Origin: a virus | Taxonomy: Duplodnaviria; Caudoviricetes | DNA: 64,000 bases | Reading direction: 5' to 3' (one strand) | IMG/VR virus record: IMGVR_UViG_2519899649_000001 | Span: 1-64,000 of that record | Part shown: positions 9,093 through 17,754 of the stretch, one piece after another | Position numbering within the stretch: the stretch's first letter is position 1 | Layout: the number at the start of each line of letters is the position of its first letter | Program-made: the position numbers and the translations under genes | The notes under the pieces: model-generated | Told to the model about the DNA's origin: nothing | The model's input: the letters and a program-made list of their open reading frames with translations, nothing else | Databases searched by the model: none

Positions 9093-10937
9093 GTGGAGGC
9101 ATCCCAGCAGGAGGAATTCGCCGAACTGCTCGCCGAAGTCGTCAGACTGGACGAGCGCCTCGCCTACGCGCAGAACCGGTTGCTGGACACCGGGTGGGAA
9201 GCGCCCAAGGTCACCTACGGGGAAGGATGGGAGGCGACCAGCGTCGGCGGGAATACGGTGACGGCCCGGCGCATCGGGGCGCTGGTCATGGTTCACCTGG
9301 TGGCCAAGCGGACCGGCAGCGTCATCACCGCTACCTCCACCGGACACCTGCCCGACTCGGTCATGCTGACGATCGAGGACCCGCGTTTCCGCCCGGAACG
9401 CAACGTCAACAGCGTCGTGGGTTGTCACTACACCGCGGGTGACTGCTACGTCGGTACCGACGGCCGGTGGGTTTTGCGGTCGTTGATGCCCACGGCGTCG
9501 CTGGGCCCGGGAGCCAACGGCGGCCAGTGGGTGCGCGGCACGTTGGTCTACTGCGGCGGTCCGTGGGTGCTCAAGAGCCTGCGCGTCCCGGCGTCCTGGA
9601 ACACCAAGAGTCGCCAGACTATGGCTGCCGCCGCGAGCTGGCAGATCTCCCAGACCTACGGGACATCGGCGCGAGCCTCGTGGAAAACCCGGCAGCGGCA
9701 GACTCTGGCCGCCGGGGCGAGCTGGCCAGCACGGGAACGATCGGCCGTGGCGGCAGGCATAGCGTGGCGTCTTCGTGCGCGGCCAGCGGTCGCCGGCAGC
9801 TCGGCATGGGCCTTGAGGCAGCGCGGGGCCATAAGCCGAGCGGCGTCGTGGATGGTGGGAGCAGGCGGCCGAGGATCTGCTGCCCTGGCGTGGAGGGCAC
9901 GTGCCCGGGTGTCGTCGGCTTGGCCGTCGAGCTGGGCGAGCCTGCTGACCGACCGTCGCGCTGCCGACCTGGCGTGGCGCTTGAACGTGCGCGCCCACTT
10001 GGCCGCCGACCTTGCGTGGCGCAGCCGAAGCCGCCGTGACCGAACGGGCGAGTTGTCCTGGCGTGCGGATGCCCGGCCTCGCCTGCTGATCGGCATGGGC
10101 TGGGCGGTGGACGAACCCGACGTGCAGCGGGAACGCAAGGTCCGGATGCGCTGGCATGTTCGACGACGCACGTCCACCGCGGCATCGTCGAGTTGGGGTG
10201 TCACCGACACGTACTGGAAGACCGCCGACACTGCTTGGCGCATCCGCCGTCGGCTACAGGTCATCGCCGGTATCGGCTGGCGGATCGCCGCCGAACCCGC
10301 CCATCTCGTGATGGGCTGGAGCGTCGCGCAGCGCAACCGTCTGACGGTCGGTGTCGCGTGGACCGCGAACATCCGCCCCAGGCGGCCGGTGGCGTTGGCG
10401 TGGCGGGTTCACACAGGCGACGCCGTCCAAGCCAGTTCGGCATGGCGGCTCGACCACCGCGACGTGCGCGCCTGTGGAAGCGGCTGGCAGCTTGCCCACC
10501 GCGCGCACGTCGCGGTGGGGATGGCGTGGGTGTTCACCGGCCGCCTGGTCGAGGTCGCCTGGCATGTGGACCAGCGCCTGACCCTGGCGGTGGCGGTGCG
10601 GTGGGCCACCCACGTCCGAGCCGGGAACCTGACGCAGACCTTGGGCTGGCGGGTCGCCGACCGCCAGCATCTGGCGGTCGGGTCATCATGGCAGAGCGCC
10701 GGATTCGACGCTGTCGGCCAAAGCATGCGGTGGAACACCGCTTACCGCGAGCACCGGTGCTGGATCTACGCTTGGAACACAGAGGAATTCCAGCTCAACC
10801 CGGACATGGTCTTGCTGACGTGGCAGCGCCACGTCGTCATGGAAGACGATCTGCCGCTGATCACCTGGCGGCGGCACCAGGAGCTTGACCCCGCCCAGCG
10901 GGAGTCCCCGGACTACATCAACACGGGACTGCCGTAG
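9093..10937 (+). CDS. DTGW-domain protein fused to a long 14-aa Trp-repeat region
   Basis: DTGW...ARRIGALVMVHL...LTIEDPRFRP followed by about 29 Trp-terminated 14-mers. Confidence 0.7.
   Translation: MEASQQEEFAELLAEVVRLDERLAYAQNRLLDTGWEAPKVTYGEGWEATSVGGNTVTARRIGALVMVHLVAKRTGSVITATSTGHLPDSVMLTIEDPRFRPERNVNSVVGCHYTAGDCYVGTDGRWVLRSLMPTASLGPGANGGQWVRGTLVYCGGPWVLKSLRVPASWNTKSRQTMAAAASWQISQTYGTSARASWKTRQRQTLAAGASWPARERSAVAAGIAWRLRARPAVAGSSAWALRQRGAISRAASWMVGAGGRGSAALAWRARARVSSAWPSSWASLLTDRRAADLAWRLNVRAHLAADLAWRSRSRRDRTGELSWRADARPRLLIGMGWAVDEPDVQRERKVRMRWHVRRRTSTAASSSWGVTDTYWKTADTAWRIRRRLQVIAGIGWRIAAEPAHLVMGWSVAQRNRLTVGVAWTANIRPRRPVALAWRVHTGDAVQASSAWRLDHRDVRACGSGWQLAHRAHVAVGMAWVFTGRLVEVAWHVDQRLTLAVAVRWATHVRAGNLTQTLGWRVADRQHLAVGSSWQSAGFDAVGQSMRWNTAYREHRCWIYAWNTEEFQLNPDMVLLTWQRHVVMEDDLPLITWRRHQELDPAQRESPDYINTGLP
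9580..10780 (+). repeat. Protein-level tandem repeat, Trp every ~14 residues
   Basis: e.g. NTKSRQTMAAAASW / KTRQRQTLAAGASW / RLRARPAVAGSSAW / RLNVRAHLAADLAW / RVADRQHLAVGSSW. Confidence 0.85.
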
Positions 10938-10945
10938 GGGGATCA

Positions 10946-11875
10946 ATGATCAGCGCTACCGCCGCGTGGTCGGTGGGTTCGTCCAAGCTGACGGTGGGTG
11001 CCGCGTGGTCGACCCGCACACGCCGTTTCCGCGCTGCCCGGTCACGGTGGAAGGTCATGCGCCTGGCGGCCCTGCGCATCCGCGACAGAGTCCGGCTTCA
11101 CCTGGGCGACCAAGGGGAGTTCTTCCGCTTCTCCGCGCACGGCGACCACACCACCACCCGGTTCGACCTGCCCGTCCAGAACGTCAGCCCCGAGAGGCTG
11201 CACGTGTTCACCATCACCGGCCAAACGGCGTCGGCGTTGCCGTACTGGGCCTACACCCTGGACTCACGCAACGGCGTGATCTTCTTGAAGGCCCCGTTGC
11301 CGACCGGCACGATGCTTGTCGCCGAGGGCTGGCACCACGGCTTGTTCGCCGATGAGGAGTTGGATTACTTCATCGAGGAGAGCAGCCGGTTGCACACGCT
11401 GAACCGGTCGGTGGTCAAGCGCGTCCGTGACGCCAACGGGTTCATCCGCTACGTCGAGACACCCATGACGCTGGACGCGCTGCCCGAGCTGGAGCACCAG
11501 CTGCTGGTGTACCTGGCCACCATCGAAGCTTTGTGGGCCTTGTCGGTGGACGCTTCCACCGACATCGACGTCTCCACCGCCGACGGCACGATGCTGCCCC
11601 GCTCGCAGCGGTTCCAGCAACTCCGCCAGGAGATCGACCTGCTGACCGACAAGTACAAGGAACAGGCGGCGCTGCTGAACGTCGGGTTGTACGCGATCGA
11701 GCAGCTCACCTTGCGCCGCGTCAGTTACACCACTGGCCGTCTCGTTCCGGTGTTCAAGGCCCGCGAGTACGACGCCACCGGCCGCCCGATCCGGATGCTG
11801 CCGACCATCGACGGCCGCGACGTGGACGACTCGGGTATCCCCTCGCCCTACTGGCCCGGCACCTGGGGATTCTGA
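10946..11875 (+). CDS. Head-to-tail adaptor (neck) protein with N-terminal Trp repeats
   Basis: RIRDRVRLHLGD, FADEELDYFIE, IDVSTADG..LPRSQRFQQL and RRVSYTTGRLVP motifs typical of Bxz1-like adaptors. Confidence 0.7.
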   Translation: MISATAAWSVGSSKLTVGAAWSTRTRRFRAARSRWKVMRLAALRIRDRVRLHLGDQGEFFRFSAHGDHTTTRFDLPVQNVSPERLHVFTITGQTASALPYWAYTLDSRNGVIFLKAPLPTGTMLVAEGWHHGLFADEELDYFIEESSRLHTLNRSVVKRVRDANGFIRYVETPMTLDALPELEHQLLVYLATIEALWALSVDASTDIDVSTADGTMLPRSQRFQQLRQEIDLLTDKYKEQAALLNVGLYAIEQLTLRRVSYTTGRLVPVFKAREYDATGRPIRMLPTIDGRDVDDSGIPSPYWPGTWGF

Positions 11876-12414
11876 TGGCCAGGCTCGACTGGAAGTGCGG
11901 CGGAGCCTTCACCGCCGACTACGAGACCAACGAGATTCACGGCGCGCTGCACGGGTTCCAGCACTCCCACGGCGACCAGGTCGATTGGTATCGCTACCTG
12001 GAGCAGCCGATCTCGGGCATCCACGCCATCTACGACGAGGGCGACGGCCGCGGCAGACTCTGGGCCGCGCCGATTAACCTGCCGGTGCTGCACGTGGTCC
12101 GGTTGGAAGGCCGCCAAGAGGACCGCCCCGAAGGCGGCTACTACTCTGACAACATCCACGTCACCGCGTCCTTCAACCAAGTCACCCGCACCGGACTGAC
12201 CCGGCTGGACATCCGCCACCACCGCTACCTCAAGGACCGGATCGTCTACGACGACAGGGTGTTCCGGGTGTTGAGCATCGCGGTTTTGGGTCAGGTTCAG
12301 ACGCGAGACATCATTGTTTCTGTAGACGCCGCCATGGTGAAGCCGGACGAGCTGGTCAACGACCAGCAGTTCGCAGCATGGGCGCAACGCGGCACCGAAC
12401 CCTTGGGGGGATAG
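11875..12414 (+). CDS. Head-to-tail stopper-like neck protein
   Basis: TGATG coupling; YLKDRIVYDDRVFRV..I..LGQ motif; position after the adaptor. Confidence 0.65.
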   Translation: MARLDWKCGGAFTADYETNEIHGALHGFQHSHGDQVDWYRYLEQPISGIHAIYDEGDGRGRLWAAPINLPVLHVVRLEGRQEDRPEGGYYSDNIHVTASFNQVTRTGLTRLDIRHHRYLKDRIVYDDRVFRVLSIAVLGQVQTRDIIVSVDAAMVKPDELVNDQQFAAWAQRGTEPLGG

Positions 12415-12418
12415 ATCA

Positions 12419-13201
12419 ATGCCGCTGCCTCAGCCAGGCGACTACGGGTGGGCCAGGCCGCTCAACGACTACATCGAGATGGTCGAGAACAAGGCCGACG
12501 CTGCCGGCGACGGACTCAACGATCACCTCACCGCCAACGACCCGCACGGCACCAAGCTGTGGGCCGAGCAGGAGTTCAAACGGCGGTTCGGGTACAAGAT
12601 CCACGTCGAGGACACCGAGCCCACCACCGCCAACGACGGGGACCTGTGGGTGACCGCCTCTCCCTCCACGCGAGGCATCTACAAGCGTGTGAGCGGGGCG
12701 TGGGTGAAGGTCGCCTCCGAGATCGGCGACCTGGACAAGCGTCTGCTGGCGGTTGAGAGCCTGGTCGGTCCGCTCAGCGCCGACGTGGGAGATCTCAAGC
12801 GCCGCAAGATCCACGACCGGTGGGTGGGCAACGGCATCGCCAAGCAGCCCAAGTTCAATGTCACCAGCAGGTGGGTGGACTTCTCGCAGGCCGAGTTCCC
12901 GCACATGACGATCGCTGTTCCCCAACCCGGAACGTTGCAGATCAAGTTCAAACTGAACGCCACCAACACCAACACCGACAACAGCGTGGTGGGCCTGGCG
13001 TATCGCTCCCCGCAGTTGGATCACGGATCGGGCACCGGGGCCGTCTACAGCCGAGTCGGGTCGCACACCAACATCACCTACAAGTGGGTGCCCAAGGCCG
13101 GGAACATCCAGATCATTCCGCAGTGGTACATCTCCTCGGGCAACGCCAAGACGTGCAGCATCGGCTCGGCCAGCTTCGACTTCATGATCATCTACAAGTG
13201 A
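12419..13201 (+). CDS. Putative fibre/minor structural protein
   Basis: DHLTANDPHGT motif, EPTTANDGDLWV...GAWVK fibre motif, coiled coil, beta-rich C-terminus. Confidence 0.55.
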   Translation: MPLPQPGDYGWARPLNDYIEMVENKADAAGDGLNDHLTANDPHGTKLWAEQEFKRRFGYKIHVEDTEPTTANDGDLWVTASPSTRGIYKRVSGAWVKVASEIGDLDKRLLAVESLVGPLSADVGDLKRRKIHDRWVGNGIAKQPKFNVTSRWVDFSQAEFPHMTIAVPQPGTLQIKFKLNATNTNTDNSVVGLAYRSPQLDHGSGTGAVYSRVGSHTNITYKWVPKAGNIQIIPQWYISSGNAKTCSIGSASFDFMIIYK

Positions 13202-13216
13202 CGCGGGGGACACGTC

Positions 13217-13450
13217 ATGGAACACAAGTGCGTCAGGCGACAGGTCGAAGGCGTCGTGGACGAGATGACCGTCCCCATGTGGATGTGGCGGTGCACCTGC
13301 GGAGCCTTCGGCGACCCCGTCGAAGACGAAGCGATCTGCAAAGACGGCATGGACTGGCACGAGAGCAACCCGCCCGCCACCGCTACCGAAATCCAGACCG
13401 GAGAATCGGCCGAAGGCAACGCTTTCGCCTCACAGCGAGACGCGTTTTAG
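13217..13450 (+). CDS. Hypothetical protein
   Basis: 77 aa, SD GGGGGA, WRCTCGA motif. Confidence 0.5.
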   Translation: MEHKCVRRQVEGVVDEMTVPMWMWRCTCGAFGDPVEDEAICKDGMDWHESNPPATATEIQTGESAEGNAFASQRDAF

Positions 13451-13559
13451 TACCTGCGCGGCTCGGGCGTCTACTCTGAAATTGCAGACTAACGCCTATA
13501 CCGATCGGGAGGATGTTATGGCGTATGCCTGCCTTTCGTTCGGTGAAGGCGGTGAATAG

Positions 13560-14321
13560 ATGCCCTGGATTTTCAACGAGGACGGGGCGCTCAAAAGCCG
13601 TCTCCAAGGAATGAAGGTCACCGACGTCAACGCCCCTGACGGCCGTCCGGTGCAGGTGCGGTTCCGGCTCCCCGAAAGCGAGCTGGGCGACCTGACCTTC
13701 CCCGCAGTGATCATCGACCACCGCAGCGTCGAGCGTGACCCCGACCGCGAACACCGCGGCCTGACGATCTTCGGGTACCTGCCCGAGGGCGAGGCGCCCG
13801 CGACCGAGGACGAGCCGTTCGGGCCCAACGAGATCCCCGTCCCCTACAACATCGACTACCAGGTCACCGTGCTGTCGCGTAAAGCCGTGCACCACGTGGA
13901 CCTGATCGGCCAGGTGGCCCGGTTTGAGCGGCTGCCCGCCCGCTTCGGGGCCCTGCCCATCCCCCAAGACGGCACCGTGCGCCGCCTGGACCTGCTCGGC
14001 GGCCCAGAACTATCCACCGACCGCGACGCGGACGGGAAGCGTCTTTTCACCGCCACATATCTAATCCGCGTTTCGACTGAACTTGTCGAATCTGCGCTGC
14101 ACCGTTACCGGCGCGTCATGGAGATCTGCACCCGCATCAGCGAGGTGCGTTCGGGAACCGAACTGGACTCTTACCTGATCACTTACGACGGAGTATCCAC
14201 CGGATGCAGCACGTCCGTACCCGCTCCATCAAGTGATGAGGAATCTCATGGCAGTCTCGTATCTGACGCCGGGTGTCTATGTCGAAGAGAACCTGGACCC
14301 GCTGGTCGAACCACCGGCTAA
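13560..14321 (+). CDS. Tail terminator/completion protein
   Basis: MPWIFNEDGALKSRLQG, PYNIDYQVT, RLPARFGAL, RRLDLL motifs; immediately before sheath; C-terminus overlaps sheath start by ~74 nt. Confidence 0.65.
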   Translation: MPWIFNEDGALKSRLQGMKVTDVNAPDGRPVQVRFRLPESELGDLTFPAVIIDHRSVERDPDREHRGLTIFGYLPEGEAPATEDEPFGPNEIPVPYNIDYQVTVLSRKAVHHVDLIGQVARFERLPARFGALPIPQDGTVRRLDLLGGPELSTDRDADGKRLFTATYLIRVSTELVESALHRYRRVMEICTRISEVRSGTELDSYLITYDGVSTGCSTSVPAPSSDEESHGSLVSDAGCLCRREPGPAGRTTG

Positions 14322-16095
14322 CCCGCTGGGCGACTCGATCGCCGCGTTCGTCGCGCCCTACCCGCAGGGCCCCGACGACCCACGCCGCGTCACCAGCTGG
14401 CAGATGTTCGAGCGCGTCTACGGGGGCTTCTGGGGCAACCAGCTGCTCGGGTCGGCGGTGTTCTCGTTCTTCGCCAACGGCGGCAGCCAGTGCTACATCT
14501 CCCGAGCGGTGCCCGCCGACGCGATTGCCGCCGTGACGACCCTGCTCAACCAGGGCGACCCCGGCGAGGTGAAGCCTCCGGTTCCTGGGCTGCGCGACAA
14601 GACCGACACGCCGTCGGCATGGAACGTGGCGGCACCCGCCGCCCCGGCCCCGACCGTCAAGTCCAAGAAGGCCGCCGCCGCATCCTCCTCGGTCGAGGAG
14701 GATGCGGGCGCTGTCGAGGAGGACATCGACGACGACCCGGCGATCGTCACCGTCACCGGCACGCCCCTGGCCGCCGATGTCACCGCCGACGACGCCAAGG
14801 CCACGGCCGACTGGATTCGTCCGCCGGTCCCGCCGGTCGACACCCTGACCGTCACCGCCCGTTCCAAGGGGGCCATCGGCAACACGTTGTCGATCGAGGT
14901 CATCGCCCGCACCAGCGCCGTGGCCGAGGCCGGCAAGGACGGCCGCGTGGACTTCGTTGTCCGGCAGGGCTGGCAGTCCGACGACTCCCCGGGCACGGTC
15001 CTGGAGACCTTCCCCGACGTCAGCATGAACCCGCTGGACTCGCGGTACCTGCCCAACATCATCAACAGCCCCGTGTCGGGGTCGGCGTACGTGCTGGTCA
15101 CCCACCTGACCGCCACCGAGAAGTTCGAGTCCCCGTGGGACGAGTTGGCCGCCACCACCGATCCGGTGCCGCTGGCGGGCGGAATCGATGGCACCGCCGC
15201 CCCCGACCTGATGGCCGCGGTCGAGGCGCTGACCGGCGTGGCCGAGTCGGTCGGCCTGAACGTCAACATCGTCAACTGCAACGACTCGGCGATCCTCAAC
15301 AGCGCGCTGAAGTGGGCGCAGGACAACTCGGCGTTCTTGGTCGTCGATCCGCCGATGATCGCCGACGGGTCCCAGGACGTGGCCGCGGCCACCAGCGAGT
15401 ACGTCAACTGGATCAACTCCAGCAAACTGGCCGACTCCAGCTACGGAGCGGCCTATGTGCCGTGGGTGCGGATGGCCGACCCCACCTCCTCCATCCCCGG
15501 AGCGTCGCGACTGGTGCCGCCGGGCGGCGCGGTGCTGGGGGTCTACGACAAGACCGACTCGGCGATCGGACCGCACAAGGCCCCGGCCGGTATCCGCACC
15601 GCGCTCAACGGCCTAGTCGACGTGCAGTACCGCTTCCCGCTCCAAAGCACCGACACCCTCAACGACAACCACATCAACTGCATCAGGCCCGTGCCCGGCT
15701 CGGGGATCTGCGTCATGGGCGCCAGGACGCTGAAGGGCGGCTTCCCCGATCGCTACATCAGCGTGCGCCGCACGCTGATCATGCTGCGCCGCCAGCTCAT
15801 CAACCGCACCAGGTGGGCGATCTTCGAGCCCAACGGTCCCGCGCTGTGGGAGCAGCTGTCGGTGATGTTGGACCAGTACCTGATGTCGCTCATGCAGATG
15901 GGCGTTTTGAAGGGCTCCACCGCCGAGACGTCCTACTTCGTCAGGTGCGACGCCGAGAACAACCCACCCGCCGTCGCCAACGCGGGCCGCGTGAATATCG
16001 ACATCGGCCTGGCCCTGGCGTCGCCCGCCGAGTTCATTGTGATTCGGATCGGCCAGTACGAGGGCGGAGCCGACGTCAACGAAGTCGCATCCTGA
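14248..16095 (+). CDS. Tail sheath protein
   Basis: YLTPGVYVEE start, FFANGGSQCY, YGAAYVPW, PHKAPAG, GARTL, RYISVRRTL, WAIFEPN, PAEFIVIRIGQ. Confidence 0.95.
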   Translation: MAVSYLTPGVYVEENLDPLVEPPANPLGDSIAAFVAPYPQGPDDPRRVTSWQMFERVYGGFWGNQLLGSAVFSFFANGGSQCYISRAVPADAIAAVTTLLNQGDPGEVKPPVPGLRDKTDTPSAWNVAAPAAPAPTVKSKKAAAASSSVEEDAGAVEEDIDDDPAIVTVTGTPLAADVTADDAKATADWIRPPVPPVDTLTVTARSKGAIGNTLSIEVIARTSAVAEAGKDGRVDFVVRQGWQSDDSPGTVLETFPDVSMNPLDSRYLPNIINSPVSGSAYVLVTHLTATEKFESPWDELAATTDPVPLAGGIDGTAAPDLMAAVEALTGVAESVGLNVNIVNCNDSAILNSALKWAQDNSAFLVVDPPMIADGSQDVAAATSEYVNWINSSKLADSSYGAAYVPWVRMADPTSSIPGASRLVPPGGAVLGVYDKTDSAIGPHKAPAGIRTALNGLVDVQYRFPLQSTDTLNDNHINCIRPVPGSGICVMGARTLKGGFPDRYISVRRTLIMLRRQLINRTRWAIFEPNGPALWEQLSVMLDQYLMSLMQMGVLKGSTAETSYFVRCDAENNPPAVANAGRVNIDIGLALASPAEFIVIRIGQYEGGADVNEVAS

Positions 16096-16126
16096 CCTTT
16101 AATCATAGGCACTCGGGGGAGTTAAC

Positions 16127-16675
16127 ATGCCTATCACTCAGAAGGCGTCCATCGCCCATATCGAAACCGATCCTCTTCGCAATTTCCGGTTCCGTGTGAA
16201 GATTCACAAGGCCGGTTTTCCGGAGATGGGTTTCATGGCCGTGAGTGGATTGAACATCACGACCGAAGTGATTCCTTACCGTGAAGGTGGGATGAACACG
16301 ACCACGCAGAAGATGCCTGGTCAGGCCGATTTTGCACCGATCACGCTGTCCAAGGGATTGGCGGTCGGCGACTCGGCGATGATGGAGTGGACGCGCGAGC
16401 TTTTCACTGTTTTGCAGGGCACCGGACCCGGTAAGCCCGGTGCGGAATTCCGTGCTCGCGTGCAGATCGACATCATCGATCACCCGGTCACCGTCAAGCA
16501 GGCTCCGATCAAGGCCAGCTTCATGGTCTACAACGCTTGGCCCACGGCCGTGGCATTTTCGGATCTCGACGCCGGGGCAAATGCGGTTCTGGTGCAGCAG
16601 ATGACCTTGGCGCACGAAGGTTTCGAGTTCCGAATCGCAAACAAGGTCGGCACCGCCGAGCCCAAGAAGTGGTAA
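16127..16675 (+). CDS. Tail tube protein (T4 gp19-like)
   Basis: DPLRNFRFRV, YREGG, ITLSKG, YNAWPT..FSDLDA motifs; follows sheath. Confidence 0.92.
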   Translation: MPITQKASIAHIETDPLRNFRFRVKIHKAGFPEMGFMAVSGLNITTEVIPYREGGMNTTTQKMPGQADFAPITLSKGLAVGDSAMMEWTRELFTVLQGTGPGKPGAEFRARVQIDIIDHPVTVKQAPIKASFMVYNAWPTAVAFSDLDAGANAVLVQQMTLAHEGFEFRIANKVGTAEPKKW

Positions 16676-16727
16676 TTCCGTAAGCGGTTTGCGCACCAGC
16701 ACTGAACAAATACACGGGGGAGAAACA

Positions 16728-17615
16728 ATGGAGACCGAAACTGTCACCGCCGACCCGTTCGGGGACGGATGGGTCAACCCGATGAACAACCCGGGGGCCG
16801 CCAACGCCGCCATCGGCCAGGCCCTGGCCACCGCCACCGCAGGCAGCCCGATGCCTGACATCCCAGCCCACCACACCTCCGGGCACGTGGACCTGGTCGG
16901 CGGCTTCTTCGACGGCGAGGGCCAGCTGGTCCGCCACGCGACCGTGCGGGAGCTGACCGGCGAGCACGAGGAACGCATCGCCAAGGCCCGCCAGTCCCGC
17001 AACAGCGCGCGGATGCTGGCCACGCTGCTGGAATGCGGGGTCGAGCGCCTGGGCGACCAGGAGGCCACCCCCAAGCTGCTGCGCAAGCTGCTGATCGGAG
17101 ACCGCGACCAGCTCATCCTGGAGATCCGCCGCGCCACCTACGGCAACGAGCTGGAGTTCCCGGCCGCCGAATGCCCGCACTGCAACGGCAAGGTCGACCT
17201 GGAACTCACCCTGGACGACATCCCCACCCGCCACCTGGACACGCCCGAGGACCGCAACTTCACCGTGCCGCTGCGGCGAGGCCGCGTCGCCAACGTGCGC
17301 CTGCCGATCGGCGAGGACCAGGAAGCGCTGCTGGAGCTGTCGGGAAACAACGCCTCGCTGGCCGAGCAGAACACGCTGCTGCTGTCACGAACCGTCAAGT
17401 CCTTCACCGAGCCCGACGGCAGCGAGACCCAGGCCGCGGGCATCCCGGCGATGGTCCGCGAGCGCCTGTCGATGCCCGACCGCGCCGCCATCCTCAAGGC
17501 CCTCAACGACCGCCGTCCCGGCCCGCGCTACGACGAGCTGTCCTTCACGCACGATGCGTGCGGGGAGGAGGTCGAGCTGCCCGTCACGGTCAGCGACCTG
17601 TTTCTCGGTCTGTGA
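16728..17615 (+). CDS. Tail assembly chaperone (T4 gp26-like)
   Basis: VRELTGEHEE, LLIGDRDQLILEIRRATYG, CPHC, LSMPDRAAIL...PGP; position between tube and tape measure. Confidence 0.8.
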   Translation: METETVTADPFGDGWVNPMNNPGAANAAIGQALATATAGSPMPDIPAHHTSGHVDLVGGFFDGEGQLVRHATVRELTGEHEERIAKARQSRNSARMLATLLECGVERLGDQEATPKLLRKLLIGDRDQLILEIRRATYGNELEFPAAECPHCNGKVDLELTLDDIPTRHLDTPEDRNFTVPLRRGRVANVRLPIGEDQEALLELSGNNASLAEQNTLLLSRTVKSFTEPDGSETQAAGIPAMVRERLSMPDRAAILKALNDRRPGPRYDELSFTHDACGEEVELPVTVSDLFLGL

Positions 17616-17751
17616 CTACCGCGCCGCCTACGCCGACTACGAGCTGATCGCCGCGGCCATGCCCTGGCCGTTGGCCGACATCAAGAACCTGACCGTCCGC
17701 GAGCGCCACCACTGGAAGGCGTTCGTGATCGCCCGCACCGAAAGGGAGTGA
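17602..17751 (+). CDS. Tail chaperone C-terminal extension, probably reached by +1 frameshift
   Basis: YADYELIAAAMPWPLADIKNLTVRERHHW in the +1 frame overlapping the chaperone stop; CTG TTT CTC slip site at 17598-17606; no SD-led start. Confidence 0.6.
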   Translation, partial: FSVCDYRAAYADYELIAAAMPWPLADIKNLTVRERHHWKAFVIARTERE

Positions 17752-17754
17752 CCC

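Noticed and set aside
14180-14321. Tail terminator ORF overlapping the sheath start by about 74 nt (possible frameshift error or recoding)
   Set aside because: An out-of-frame TGA at 14234 hints at an indel, but I cannot place it or exclude a genuine overlap without homologues or reads
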